Source of the DNA: Methanomassiliicoccales archaeon
GTDB lineage: Archaea; Thermoplasmatota; Thermoplasmata; Methanomassiliicoccales; UBA472
Direction: 5' to 3'
DNA length: 64,000 nt
Assembly (NCBI GenBank): GCA_036677555.1
Contig: JAVBWG010000008.1
Location: forward strand, 77,673-141,672
In this document: in pieces, positions 1 through 14,001 of the stretch
Layout of the letters: each line of letters begins with the position of its first letter
Position numbering within the stretch: position 1 is the first letter of the stretch
Notes under the pieces: generated by a model
What the model saw: only the letters and a program-made list of their open reading frames with translations
Database searches by the model: none
Told to the model about the DNA's origin: nothing
Translations under genes and position numbers: made by a program

Positions 1-435
1 GCGCAGCCCCGACGTATAGCTCAGGAAATCGGTGAAATGCATGCGCAGGGCGCCGTCCTCCAGCGAAGCCTCCACTTCCAGTTCGCCGGCCAGAGCGACG
101 ATGGTCTCCACATCCCTCTTCTTCAATCGCTCGTTGAAGGTCTTCGCCTCGGCCAGGGCGTAGCGGCGGACCAGCGCCTCATCGCCTATGCAGGACACCA
201 GGATGCGTGCGTACGGATAGCTGAGTATCTCCTGCACCGCCTCGTCCTCGGAGGTGACCGGGTTGTTGGGGACCGAAAGGTCGCCGAGGGCGGTGAGCAC
301 TCTGGCCTTCCCCCTTCTTCTGGCCTCGGCGGTCATAGTGTGGCCGATGAGGTCGTCCAGGCCCAGCTGCCGCTCCTTGACGTACTGGGTGGCCTCCCTC
401 AGGAAAGGGTACAGGGCTAGGTCGCGGAACTCCAT
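1..435 (-). CDS. priL: DNA primase large subunit, 5' part (runs off the window)
   Basis: Not in the ORF track. Manual translation from ATG 435 gives MEFRDLALYPFLREATQYVKERQLGLDDL...EILSYPYARILVSCIGDEALVRRYALAEAK...LRMHFTDFLSYT. The YPFL and SYPxARILV...RYALAEA pattern is typical of the PriL N-terminus. Confidence 0.85.
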   Translation of the reverse strand, partial: MEFRDLALYPFLREATQYVKERQLGLDDLIGHTMTAEARRRGKARVLTALGDLSVPNNPVTSEDEAVQEILSYPYARILVSCIGDEALVRRYALAEAKTFNERLKKRDVETIVALAGELEVEASLEDGALRMHFTDFLSYTSGLR

Positions 436-464
436 CAGCAACACCGCATCCGCTTGCCTGATAA

Positions 465-2099
465 TTAGTGTTCGGGAAGGTCGAAGCTGAGGAAAGGGAG
501 GACCGCATCGGCCACCTTGGGGTCGTCCAGCGCCTTTCTGAGGTCTTCAGGACCGTCCATCGGGCGGGATCTGAACACCCTTATCGCCCGTTTCCTGCCC
601 AGCCCAGGCAGCGCCTCTAATGCGGTTATATGGCAGCCATTGGCGTTCAGGGGGTGCTCCACGGCGCTGATGCTGCGGAAGCCGTGGCCGACCACTGCCA
701 CGTCGTAGAACCTCCCCAGATCGACCGGATGAGGGATGCCGACGAGCAGCGGATAGGTCCCGATCTGCCTTCCGAAGGTCACTTTGCCCTCCCTCATCTC
801 GGTGTAGACGGAGCGCAGCACCGTCCCCACCGGCACCAATCTCTCCAGTGAAGGCCGGTCGATCTCCTGCCTGACCCTATCCTTGAAACGAAGGAACTCG
901 GAATGGCTCACCGTCTGCGGGAACTCCCGGCGGACAGGCATGACCTGGCGTATATTTATCCTGCGCAGGAGCAGTCCCTCGTCCACGATCCCCTTGAGGA
1001 AGCGGTAGTTGGTCTCCAGGGTCTCGCGTTTCTCCCCTTCTAGACCTACCAGGACATTGATCCCCGGAAGGAGGTATGGAAGTCCGCTGTCGCCCCGTTC
1101 CCTTCCGGCCATGTTGATCGCCCGGACCGACCAGAGCACCTCCTCCGGCGTGGCGTTCAGGTTGTTGATCCTTCCCACCTCCGGATCGGCCGTCTCCATT
1201 CCCAGGGCCAGGACGTTGCCTGACGTGCAGTGCCTGACCAGCGAGGACAGTATCCTTCCCGTCTCCTCCGGATGACGGGCCATCACCGCCGGGTTGGCGT
1301 TGTCGACATGAAGAACGTTCGGGGACAGTGAGGACATGCCTGAGAGCAGCTCCTCCAAAGCCTCTGGGTTCGGTCTCGGGCAGTCGGTCCCGTCCAGCTT
1401 TGCCTTGTAGGAGATGATGCATGTCTGCGAGCCAAGGCGGAAGTTGACGACTCCCCTTTCCCGGAGGGCGCGGGCCTCCGCCACGATAGCCGATGGCTCC
1501 CGGAAGACCGGACGGCCCTTCAACGGCTCAACGCAGAAGGAGCAGCCTCCGTTGACGTAACGCACGCAGCCGCGATAGGTCTCCATCTCTGCCGTCAACG
1601 GCTGAGGGTGGTCCGGGTGAGAGAGAACGCAATCAGCCCCCAGAAGCATCCAGCGGTCCCATTCATCGCCAGAGCGCCAACGGTCCTCCGCTTCTCCTTT
1701 CCCGATCAGGTCATGCACGGCCGCAGCGGCGTCCAGATAATGCGAGTGGTGGAACCTTTCCTTGAGCGCCGGGTCCAGTGCCGCCGGGCCGCCGAGAACG
1801 GTCTCCCCACGGTGACCTTCAATCAGCTGTAATAGTTCGCGTCGTGAGGCGGGCATCCCCCGGAGATACCTTCCGGGAACGGACATTCCCGAGAGAACGA
1901 CCAGCAGGTCCGAGGGAGGTATCTTCCTTCCCCTCCTCCACTGGTCCACTGTAATGTAGAAAGGCATTCCCCCCGAGTCCACCACCGCGCCGAAGACAGC
2001 CCTTGGCAACGGATGTATGTACGGGGGGACCCCCAGGGACCCTGGCTCGTCTATGTAGCCATCGAATATGACAACTTCAGGCAAGGTGCCTCCGTCCAA
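465..2099 (-). CDS. Radical SAM protein with C-terminal TRAM-like and helix-hairpin-helix domains (COG1031-like)
   Basis: ETYRGCVRYVNGGCSFCVEP (CX7CX2C), N-terminal DGYIDEPGSLGVPPYI, C-terminal GRQIGTYPLLV and LEALPGLGRKRA (HhH). Confidence 0.8.
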   Translation of the reverse strand: MDGGTLPEVVIFDGYIDEPGSLGVPPYIHPLPRAVFGAVVDSGGMPFYITVDQWRRGRKIPPSDLLVVLSGMSVPGRYLRGMPASRRELLQLIEGHRGETVLGGPAALDPALKERFHHSHYLDAAAAVHDLIGKGEAEDRWRSGDEWDRWMLLGADCVLSHPDHPQPLTAEMETYRGCVRYVNGGCSFCVEPLKGRPVFREPSAIVAEARALRERGVVNFRLGSQTCIISYKAKLDGTDCPRPNPEALEELLSGMSSLSPNVLHVDNANPAVMARHPEETGRILSSLVRHCTSGNVLALGMETADPEVGRINNLNATPEEVLWSVRAINMAGRERGDSGLPYLLPGINVLVGLEGEKRETLETNYRFLKGIVDEGLLLRRINIRQVMPVRREFPQTVSHSEFLRFKDRVRQEIDRPSLERLVPVGTVLRSVYTEMREGKVTFGRQIGTYPLLVGIPHPVDLGRFYDVAVVGHGFRSISAVEHPLNANGCHITALEALPGLGRKRAIRVFRSRPMDGPEDLRKALDDPKVADAVLPFLSFDLPEH

Positions 2100-2139
2100 A
2101 ACAGATAAGGGATGGCCTTGTCAGGCCTTTAAGGTGATT

Positions 2140-2406
2140 TCAGAGCAGGCTGACCTGCTCGGTCTCCACGTTCTGGATGCCGGGCACCGCGCGGAGCGCC
2201 TCTTCCAGCTGGTCGACCAGTCCGGGGGCGTCCTCCATGACGAAGGCCGCCTCCAGCTTCTTCAGGCCGAAGGCCAGGGGCTTGATCTCGGCCTTGGCCA
2301 CCTTGACGTTCGCCGGCACCAGCGAGGGCAGCTTGGCGATCAGGGCCTGGAAGTCGAACTCGGTGTCCTCGGGCATCAATGCGTAGGTGGCGGCGACGGT
2401 TCCCAT
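2140..2406 (-). CDS. ef1b: Translation elongation factor 1-beta
   Basis: 88 aa, MGTVAATYALMPED...KPLAFGLKKL...VETEQVSLL, a typical aEF-1beta sequence. Confidence 0.95.
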   Translation of the reverse strand: MGTVAATYALMPEDTEFDFQALIAKLPSLVPANVKVAKAEIKPLAFGLKKLEAAFVMEDAPGLVDQLEEALRAVPGIQNVETEQVSLL

Positions 2407-2417
2407 TCAAACCACCT

Positions 2418-2585
2418 TTACGGGCCGATGAAGCCGCACTTCTTGCATTCGTACTTTACGCTCTGGTCGCGGCACTTGGCGCAGCGGCCGATCTCCTCAG
2501 CGCCACAGATCGGGCACTTGAAGAAGGTGATGCCATTGCCCACCAGCCGGACCCCGCATGAGTTGCAGATCTTTTCATTCTCCAT
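2418..2585 (-). CDS. Small double zinc-ribbon protein (DUF1610/HVO_2753-like), 55 aa
   Basis: Below the ORF-track cutoff. Manual translation MENEKICNSCGVRLVGNGITFFKCPICGAEEIGRCAKCRDQSVKYECKKCGFIGP has four CxxC motifs and lies directly upstream of ef1b, the usual archaeal arrangement. Confidence 0.9.
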   Translation of the reverse strand: MENEKICNSCGVRLVGNGITFFKCPICGAEEIGRCAKCRDQSVKYECKKCGFIGP

Positions 2586-2615
2586 AGGACATCGCTTTGT
2601 GCGTGATTATAGTCC

Positions 2616-2629
2616 TTATATAAAAACGT
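2616..2629 (-). promoter_or_regulatory. Probable TATA promoter of the zinc-finger/ef1b operon
   Basis: Minus strand reads CGTTTTTATATAAG about 30 nt upstream of ATG 2585. The same CGTTTTTATA word occurs upstream of rpoH and aglB. Confidence 0.55.
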
Positions 2630-2915
2630 GATTGGCCGGCTTATTGGTCAAATCCCGCTTCTGGGTCTCCTTATCCGTATTTACGATGAATATATTGGAG
2701 GCATGGGCGGTATTTTGTATATTGTATAATAGAATAATAATTTTCCCGGCACATGTTCTTATACATTGCTTTCAATACCCTGAGAACGGCAGGAACATCC
2801 GGCGGGTCCATGTTGATCGGCGTGCCAACAGGGCTAATGTTCCTTGGTGGATGGGAAATGTTAAATAGAACAAGGATTTACTCTCCCGTTCACACGCCGG
2901 CACTTACTTACCAAT

Positions 2916-3049
2916 GGGCCCGTAGCTCAGCTAGGTAGGACCTTCGGAGACGAAGGGTCCCTAGAGAGAGCATCTGGCTTTTAACCAGGTGGTCCGGGGT
3001 TCGAATGGTACGCGGTACTTCCGTGTATGCGGAAATCCCCGCGGGCCCG
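2916..3049 (+). tRNA. tRNA-Lys(UUU) with two non-canonical introns (2937-2966 and 3006-3035)
   Basis: Removing the two 30-nt inserts gives GGGCCCG TA GCTC AGCTAGGTA GAGC A TCTGG CTTTTAA CCAGG TGGTC CGGGG TTCGAAT CCCCG CGGGCCC G, a complete cloverleaf. Both junctions fold as BHB-type motifs. Confidence 0.92.
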
Positions 3050-3104
3050 CTTGGGTAGGTGAAAGAAATATGCAGACCGAAGTATCCAAACCCGATTCCC
3101 GAAT

Positions 3105-3118
3105 CGTTTTTATAAAGC
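3105..3118 (+). promoter_or_regulatory. Probable TATA promoter of the RNA polymerase operon
   Basis: CGTTTTTATAAAGC about 55 nt upstream of rpoH; SD-like GAGGTGA at 3159-3165. Confidence 0.55.
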
Positions 3119-3170
3119 CAATACTTAGTGGAGGAACACCCCGGTTTCTGCATGGTATGAGGTGATTCGT

Positions 3171-3437
3171 TTGGAGGATTCCGTACCATTTAACGTATTA
3201 AAGCACAAGATGGTGCCAGTACACGAGCTTTTGACCGATGAGGAGACCGACAAGGTCCTCAAGCGGCTCAAGATAACCCGCGACCAGCTGCCCAAGATAA
3301 AGGACAGCGACGCGGCGATCAGGACGCTCAAGGCGGCCATGAACAGGGACATACCTGAGAAGAGCGTCGTCAGGATCATCAGGGACAGCCAGACGTCCGA
3401 GACGGCGGAAGTCTACCGCCTCGTCATAAGAGGGTGA
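3171..3437 (+). CDS. rpoH: DNA-directed RNA polymerase subunit H (Rpo5)
   Basis: [15 protein letters not shown]...QLPKIKDSD...[10 protein letters not shown]...VYRLVI. TTG 3171 chosen because GAGGTGA lies 5 nt upstream; the track start is 3162. Confidence 0.95.
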   Translation: MEDSVPFNVLKHKMVPVHELLTDEETDKVLKRLKITRDQLPKIKDSDAAIRTLKAAMNRDIPEKSVVRIIRDSQTSETAEVYRLVIRG

Positions 3438-6400
3438 ACTTATTGAGGGACCTCGTCGAACTCTACTTTAAAGAGAGCAGCATAGTCAACCATCACATAG
3501 CCAGCTTCAATGACTTCCTGTCTTCCCAGAGCAATCCCAACAGCCGGATGCAGAAGATAGTCGATAACGTGAGGGTGTCCGCCGAGGACCCCGAGCGGGG
3601 AATGATCACGCTGGACCCGGAGAAGACCAACGGCCGCATCATCCAGATCCGCGTCGGCCGCAGGCGTGACGAAAAGACCGGCCAGGTCGACCATCACCTG
3701 CCGCCGACCCTGAAGATCGGCGAGCCCATGGTGCGCGAGGCCAACGGTTACGTTCACAACATCACCCCCATGGAGGCCAGGCTCAGGAACCTGAACTATG
3801 TGGCCCCCATGCATCTGGATTTCACCATCATCGAGGACGGCATCGAAAGGGAGGAGAAGGACGTTCTGATCGGCGACCTCCCCATCATGGTCAAGTCCCG
3901 CAAGTGCAACATATACAAGGAGAACATGGAGAAGGAGTACGACCTGACCGACGAGCAGTACAACTCCGAGCTCATGAAGAAGAGCGAGGACCCCATGGAC
4001 GCCGGCGGCTACTTCATCATCGGCGGGACCGAGAGGGTGCTCATAACCCTGGAGGACCTTGCGCCTAACCGCGTCATGGTCGAGCTCAGCGAGAGGTACG
4101 GCACCGCCATGGAGGTGGCCAAGGTCTTCTCGCAGAAGGAAGGCCACCGCGCTCTCACGCTCGTGGAGAAGAAGCGCGACGGCATGCTCATGGTCACCGT
4201 TCCCGCGGCCTCCGGACAGATCCCGCTGGTCGCTCTGATGAAGGCGCTGGGGATGGAGGACGATGAGCAGATCTACGAGGCCATCGTCTCCGCCCCGGAG
4301 ATGGCCAACATCGTTTACGCCAACTTGGAGGAGATACAGGACGCCAAGCTCTATGGGCCGAACGGGATCTTCACCACCGATCATGCTTTGACGTACCTGG
4401 AGAAGAAGTTCGCCACCGGCCAGGCCAAGGAGTACCGGGTGAAGAAGGTCGAGTCCATCATCGACCGCTCCCTGCTGCCCCACCTGGGCGACGTCAAGGA
4501 GGACCGCATGAAGAAGGCCATCTTCCTGGGGAGGATAGCCAGGTCCGTTCTCGAGCTTTCACTGGGCAAGCGCAAGGAGGACGACAAGGACCACTACGCC
4601 AACAAGCGCCTGAAGCTCTCCGGCGACCTCATGGAGGACCTGTTCCGGGTGGCCTTCACCAACCTGGTCAAGGACCTGAAGTACCAGCTCGAACGATCCT
4701 ATGCCAGGAAGAAGGATTTGCGCATCGCCAGCGCCATAAGGCCGGACCTCATGTCCCACCGCCTGCTGCATGCGCTGGCCACGGGTAACTGGGTGGGCGG
4801 GCGCGCCGGCGTCAGCCAGCTGCTGGACCGCACGTCCAACATGAGCACCATCTCCCACCTGAGAAGGGTCACTTCTTCCCTTACCAGGAGCCAGCCTCAC
4901 TTCGAGGCGCGTGACCTGCACCCGACCCAGTGGGGCCGGCTGTGCCCCAACGAAACGCCGGAAGGTCAGAACTGCGGCCTGGTCAAGAACGCCGCCCTGA
5001 TCATCAACGTCTCAGAGGGCTTCCGTGAGGAGGACGTCACCTTTTTGCTCAAGGACCTGGGCATTCATGAGGTCAAGGGCCAGCAGATGGCTGGCACCCG
5101 CGTCTACGTCAACGGGGACCTGAAGGGTGTGCACGACCACGCCCTCGACCTGGTCAACCAGATGAGGAACCGCCGCCGCACCGGGCTCCTGTCCGACGAG
5201 ATAAACATCCGCTACGACGAGGAGATGGACGAGGTCATCATCAACTGCGACGAGGGACGGTTGCGCAGGGCGCTGCTGGTCCTGAAGGACGGCCGCCTGA
5301 TGATCACCCGCAAGCACCTGGAGGACATCCGTGCCGGCAAGCTGCGCTGGTCCGACCTGGTGCGCGAGGGCGTCCTGGAATGGATAGATGCCGAGGAGGA
5401 GGAGGACACCTTCATCTCCGTAGAGCCGTACGAAGTGCCCCTCAAATGCGGCAACTGCGACCGCGACATCTCACCGCTGGACATGGACTGGATGAACCCA
5501 GGCACCGCCGAGAAGCAGGCCGAGCTGAAGTGCCGGCACTGCGGCGGGACCACCAAGGTTGATTACCTGTTCGACAAGGCGCACACCCACATGGAGGTGG
5601 ACCCCATGGTCATCCTCGGCGTGTGCGCAGGGATGGTTCCCTACCCGGAGCACAACTCCTCCCCCCGTGTCACCATGGGAGCGGGTATGGCCAAGCAGTC
5701 CCTGGGACTGGCGTCCAGCAACTACCGCAAGCGGCCGGACACCCGCGGGCACATCCTGCACTATCCGCAGAAGCCCATGGTCCAGACCAAGTTCATGGAC
5801 TTCGTGGCCTTCAACCAGCGCCCGGCCGGGCAGAACTTCGTTGTTGCCGTTCTATCATACCACGGCTACAACATGGAAGATGCGCTCATACTCAACCAGA
5901 GCAGTGTGCAGCGCGGTCTTGGCCGATCGACCTTCATGAGAACGTACCGTACGGAGGAGCGCCGCTACCCCGGAGGACAGGAGGACCACTTCGAGATCCC
6001 TTCCCCGGACGTGCGCGGCGCCAGGACCGACTCCGCCTACAACAACCTGTCCGAGGAGGATGGACTCATCTCTCCGGAGACCCCGGTCTCCGGCGGCCAC
6101 GTCCTGGTCGGCAAGACCTCCCCGCCCCGTTTCGTGGAGGAGGAGGAAGCCAATTTCCTTTCAGGCCACAAGAGGCGTGAGACCTCCATAACCGTGCGCG
6201 CTGGAGAGACCGGCTGGGTGGACAGCGTCATGCTCACCGAGTCGGAGAACGGCTCCCGCCTGGTGAAGGTCAAGGTGCGTGACGAGAGGATACCGGAGCT
6301 GGGGGACAAGTTCGCCTCCAGGCACGGGCAGAAGGGAGTGGTCGGACTGCTGGTGCCGTCCTCGGACATGCCCTTTACCGCCGACGGGGTCATCCCTGAC

Positions 6401-7038
6401 CTGGTGATCAACCCCCACGCCATACCCTCCCGTATGACCGTTGCCCACGTTCTGGAGATGATCGGCGGCAAGGTCGGCTCCCTGGAGGGAAGGCATGTGG
6501 ACGGAACCGCCTTCAGCGGGGAGCGCGAGGATGCGCTCCGCCAATCCCTGGTCGACGCCGGCTTCCAGAAGACCGGCCGTGAGGTGATGTACGATGGACT
6601 TACCGGTCGCATGATCCAGGCCGACGTGTTCATCGGCGTGATCTACTATCAGAAGCTGCACCACATGGTGTCCGGCAAGATGCACGTCCGGTCCCGCGGA
6701 CCGGTGCAGATACTCACCCGCCAGCCTACCGAAGGCCGATCCCGCCAGGGCGGTCTGAGGTTCGGTGAGATGGAGAGGGACTGCCTGATCGGCCACGGCG
6801 CCGCGATGGTCATCAAGGACCGCCTGCTGGACGAGTCGGACGGAACGTTCCAATGGGTGTGCGGAAACCCCAACTGCGGGCACATCGCGATCCTGGACAA
6901 AAGGGGTTCCCTGCGCTGCCCGGTGTGCGGCAACAACACCAACGTGCACATGATCCAGACGTCCTACGCCTTCAAGCTGCTCCTTGATGAGCTGCTCTCG
7001 CTTGGGGTCGCCATGCGCTTACAACTGGAGGATTTGAG

Positions 7039-7042
<4 letters not shown>
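3434..7042 (+). CDS. rpoB: DNA-directed RNA polymerase subunit B (Rpo2, unsplit)
   Basis: [63 protein letters not shown] and a C-terminal zinc ribbon. Confidence 0.99.
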
Positions 7043-11659
<4,617 letters not shown>

Positions 11660-11661
11660 AC

Positions 11662-12090
11662 ATGACCGCTGAGATCACCTTTACCGAGGAGACCCTGCGC
11701 TACATCAGCCTTTTCGAGAAGATAACCAAGGCCAGGGTCCGTGATTGCATGGAGACCGAGGAGAAGCTTGTGTACGTCGTCGACCCCGGCCAGGCAAACC
11801 GTGCCGTAGGCAAGGCGGGCGAGAACGTGATCAAGCTCAAGAACACCACCGGCAAGAACATCCAGGTCGTGGAGTTCTCCGACGACGCGGAGACGTTCAT
11901 AAAGAACGTGTTCTACAACTACGGGCCGGAGAAGGTGGAGATCGAGACCCGGGGCAACATCGTTCACGCCACCGTTACCGTCGATCCGGCGGTAAAAGGC
12001 CGGGCGATCGGCAAGAACGGCAAGAACCTGAAGATAGCCCGGGACCTGGTCAACAGGCACCACAACGTGCAGAGCATCTCGGTGGCCTAG
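11662..12090 (+). CDS. nusA: NusA-like KH-domain transcription factor
   Basis: From ATG 11662: MTAEITFTEETLRYISLFEKIT...AVGKAGENV...KGRAIGKNGKNL, two KH GxxG loops. Confidence 0.95.
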   Translation: MTAEITFTEETLRYISLFEKITKARVRDCMETEEKLVYVVDPGQANRAVGKAGENVIKLKNTTGKNIQVVEFSDDAETFIKNVFYNYGPEKVEIETRGNIVHATVTVDPAVKGRAIGKNGKNLKIARDLVNRHHNVQSISVA

Positions 12091-13148
12091 TTCAGCGGCT
12101 GCCGCTCTACCTCCAATCGGTCAGCGGTCGGATATTCCTCGACCAGGTAGCAGCGGTACGGCAGGGTGCCAGCAAGGTCCTCCAGCACCCATGAGGCCAC
12201 CTCCAACCTCTTCCTCTTTTCATCCAACCTGAACAGCTCGGGCGGCACTTCCCGCTCCTCCAACGTACGAACGGCCTCATCGAGATCGTCCGTCTCTATC
12301 ACGCCTAGGAGCACCATCCCCTCCGAGGTGATCAGGTCCATCGGCCTGGCGGTCCGCTTGGCCCTTCTCTTGAGCCGTTCACGCAACTGCACCTGGTCCT
12401 TGAAGCTGGATGAGCAGAAATGGACCGGGACCAGGTCCCCGGCCTCCTCCATCGCCTGCCACGATGTCTCCATGCTCCCCTGCATGGCGCTGGAGACGTC
12501 GGAACGCACATGGAATCCCCGGCCCAGTAAAGCCTGGCAGTTGGTCTCGGACACCTCCAGCTCGTTCAGGTTCACAAAATCGAGCCCGATGTCCGCGGCG
12601 TGACGGCATATGGACAGCAGACCCTCCAGCTCCCCGGGGACCGCAGGCACTTCGAACCCCACCTTCATGCCCAGGCCCTTCACGGCCTCGGCGATGCCAA
12701 GCTCCTCCAGTCCGCCCCATCGTCCAATGGGGGGATGCAGCCTCAGCTCGTCCAGGCCTGCATCCTGCAATCGGAGGAACTTAACCCGGTCCACCGTGGC
12801 TGTGTAGAGATGGATGTGGTGACCAGGCCCGAAGTGCTCCTTCAGCAGGCGGATGTAATGCACTGTGCGGTCCATCACCAGAAGGGGATCGCCGCCAGTG
12901 ATGCCCGTTCCCCTGGCGCCTATGGCCTCAGCCTCCCGTATGACATCGTCATCCCCCTTCACCAGCAGTTCGTTGGCGTACACCACATCCTTGCCCTTCT
13001 TGACCTCGGACAATGGGCAGTAATAGCACGATTCCCCGCATCTGCCGGTGACCAGGAGCACCATCTTGGCGCCCTTCCGGCACATCCGGCAACCGCGCGA
13101 GAGCCTTTTAGTGTAGCAGGACGACGATTCCATGGGGATGGGGCGCAT
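12087..13148 (-). CDS. Radical SAM protein (COG2108-like)
   Basis: LSRGCRMCRKGAKMVLLVTGRCGESCYYCPLS (CX3CX2C), GITGGDP, LDELRLHP and HFCSSSFKD. The start may be ATG 13133. Confidence 0.85.
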   Translation of the reverse strand: MRPIPMESSSCYTKRLSRGCRMCRKGAKMVLLVTGRCGESCYYCPLSEVKKGKDVVYANELLVKGDDDVIREAEAIGARGTGITGGDPLLVMDRTVHYIRLLKEHFGPGHHIHLYTATVDRVKFLRLQDAGLDELRLHPPIGRWGGLEELGIAEAVKGLGMKVGFEVPAVPGELEGLLSICRHAADIGLDFVNLNELEVSETNCQALLGRGFHVRSDVSSAMQGSMETSWQAMEEAGDLVPVHFCSSSFKDQVQLRERLKRRAKRTARPMDLITSEGMVLLGVIETDDLDEAVRTLEEREVPPELFRLDEKRKRLEVASWVLEDLAGTLPYRCYLVEEYPTADRLEVERQPLN

Positions 13149-13231
13149 GGCACCTTAACCGGCAAGGGCGGACTTAACGCTTGCCTATGGCAAATCCTAA
13201 ATCGCCGAGGAACGTTGGCTTTGACGATATC

Positions 13232-13882
13232 ATGAGGAAGGACAGCAGGGTCATACTGGCGCTGGACGAGGTGCGGCCGGAGAGGGCGTTCTGGGTGGCG
13301 GAGCAGGTGCACGACCTGGTGGACGCCATCAAGATCAACTGGCCGCTGGTGCTGGCGACCTCTCCGGAAACCATAACCCGTTTGTCAAAGATGGCGCCGG
13401 TGATCTGCGATTTCAAGGTGGCGGACATACCGAACACCGTCTCGCTGATAGTGTCCCAGGCGGTGCAGCGCGGCGCCGAGGGGGTCATCGTGCACGGGTT
13501 CACCGGAAGCGACTCGGTCAGGGCCGCGGTGGAGGCCGCTGATGGCCGCAAGATATTCGTGGTCACCGAGATGTCCCATCCCGGCGGCGCGGAGTACACC
13601 GCCCCCGCCGCCGAGTCCTTGGCGAAAATGGCTGTCGACAACGGTGCGGCGGGCATAATAGCCCCGGCCACCCGTCCTGAGAGGGTGGCCGCGCTGCGCA
13701 GGATCGTGGGAGACCTGCTGATACTGTCCCCGGGGGTCGGTGCGCAGGGGGGCAGTGCCTCGGCGACCTTGGGGAAAGGGGCGGACTACGTCATCGTGGG
13801 ACGAAGCATCTACGGGGCGGAGAACCCCCGCTCCGCCGCTCAGCAGGTGGTGGAGGAGGCCAGGTCCGTCCGTTCCTATTAA
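13232..13882 (+). CDS. pyrF: Orotidine-5'-phosphate decarboxylase
   Basis: ILALD, DFKVADIPNT, SPGVGAQGG and IVGRSIY. ATG 13232 preferred over the track start 13181. Confidence 0.97.
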   Translation: MRKDSRVILALDEVRPERAFWVAEQVHDLVDAIKINWPLVLATSPETITRLSKMAPVICDFKVADIPNTVSLIVSQAVQRGAEGVIVHGFTGSDSVRAAVEAADGRKIFVVTEMSHPGGAEYTAPAAESLAKMAVDNGAAGIIAPATRPERVAALRRIVGDLLILSPGVGAQGGSASATLGKGADYVIVGRSIYGAENPRSAAQQVVEEARSVRSY

Positions 13883-14001
13883 GGCGAAATATCGGTTCGG
13901 ACGCAACAAGCCAGATGCCTGTTTTCACTGGCCTGGGTGGAACCAACGTTTTTATACGGGGTGCGTTATCAGTTGCTAATCACCCCAGAGGAGACTAACT
14001 A

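Noticed and set aside
37-508. ORF-track calls 37..420, 179..508 and 254..490
   Set aside because: They are shadows of the minus-strand priL frame, which the track missed because its stop lies outside the window.
2632-2915. AT-rich spacer with TGTTCCTTGGTGGATGGGAAA as a possible replication origin (ORB) or small ORFs
   Set aside because: Only one poor match to the GTTCCAGTGGAAA-type ORB, no repeat copies and no orc1/cdc6 nearby. It is explained as divergent promoters, and the short ORFs have no recognisable features.
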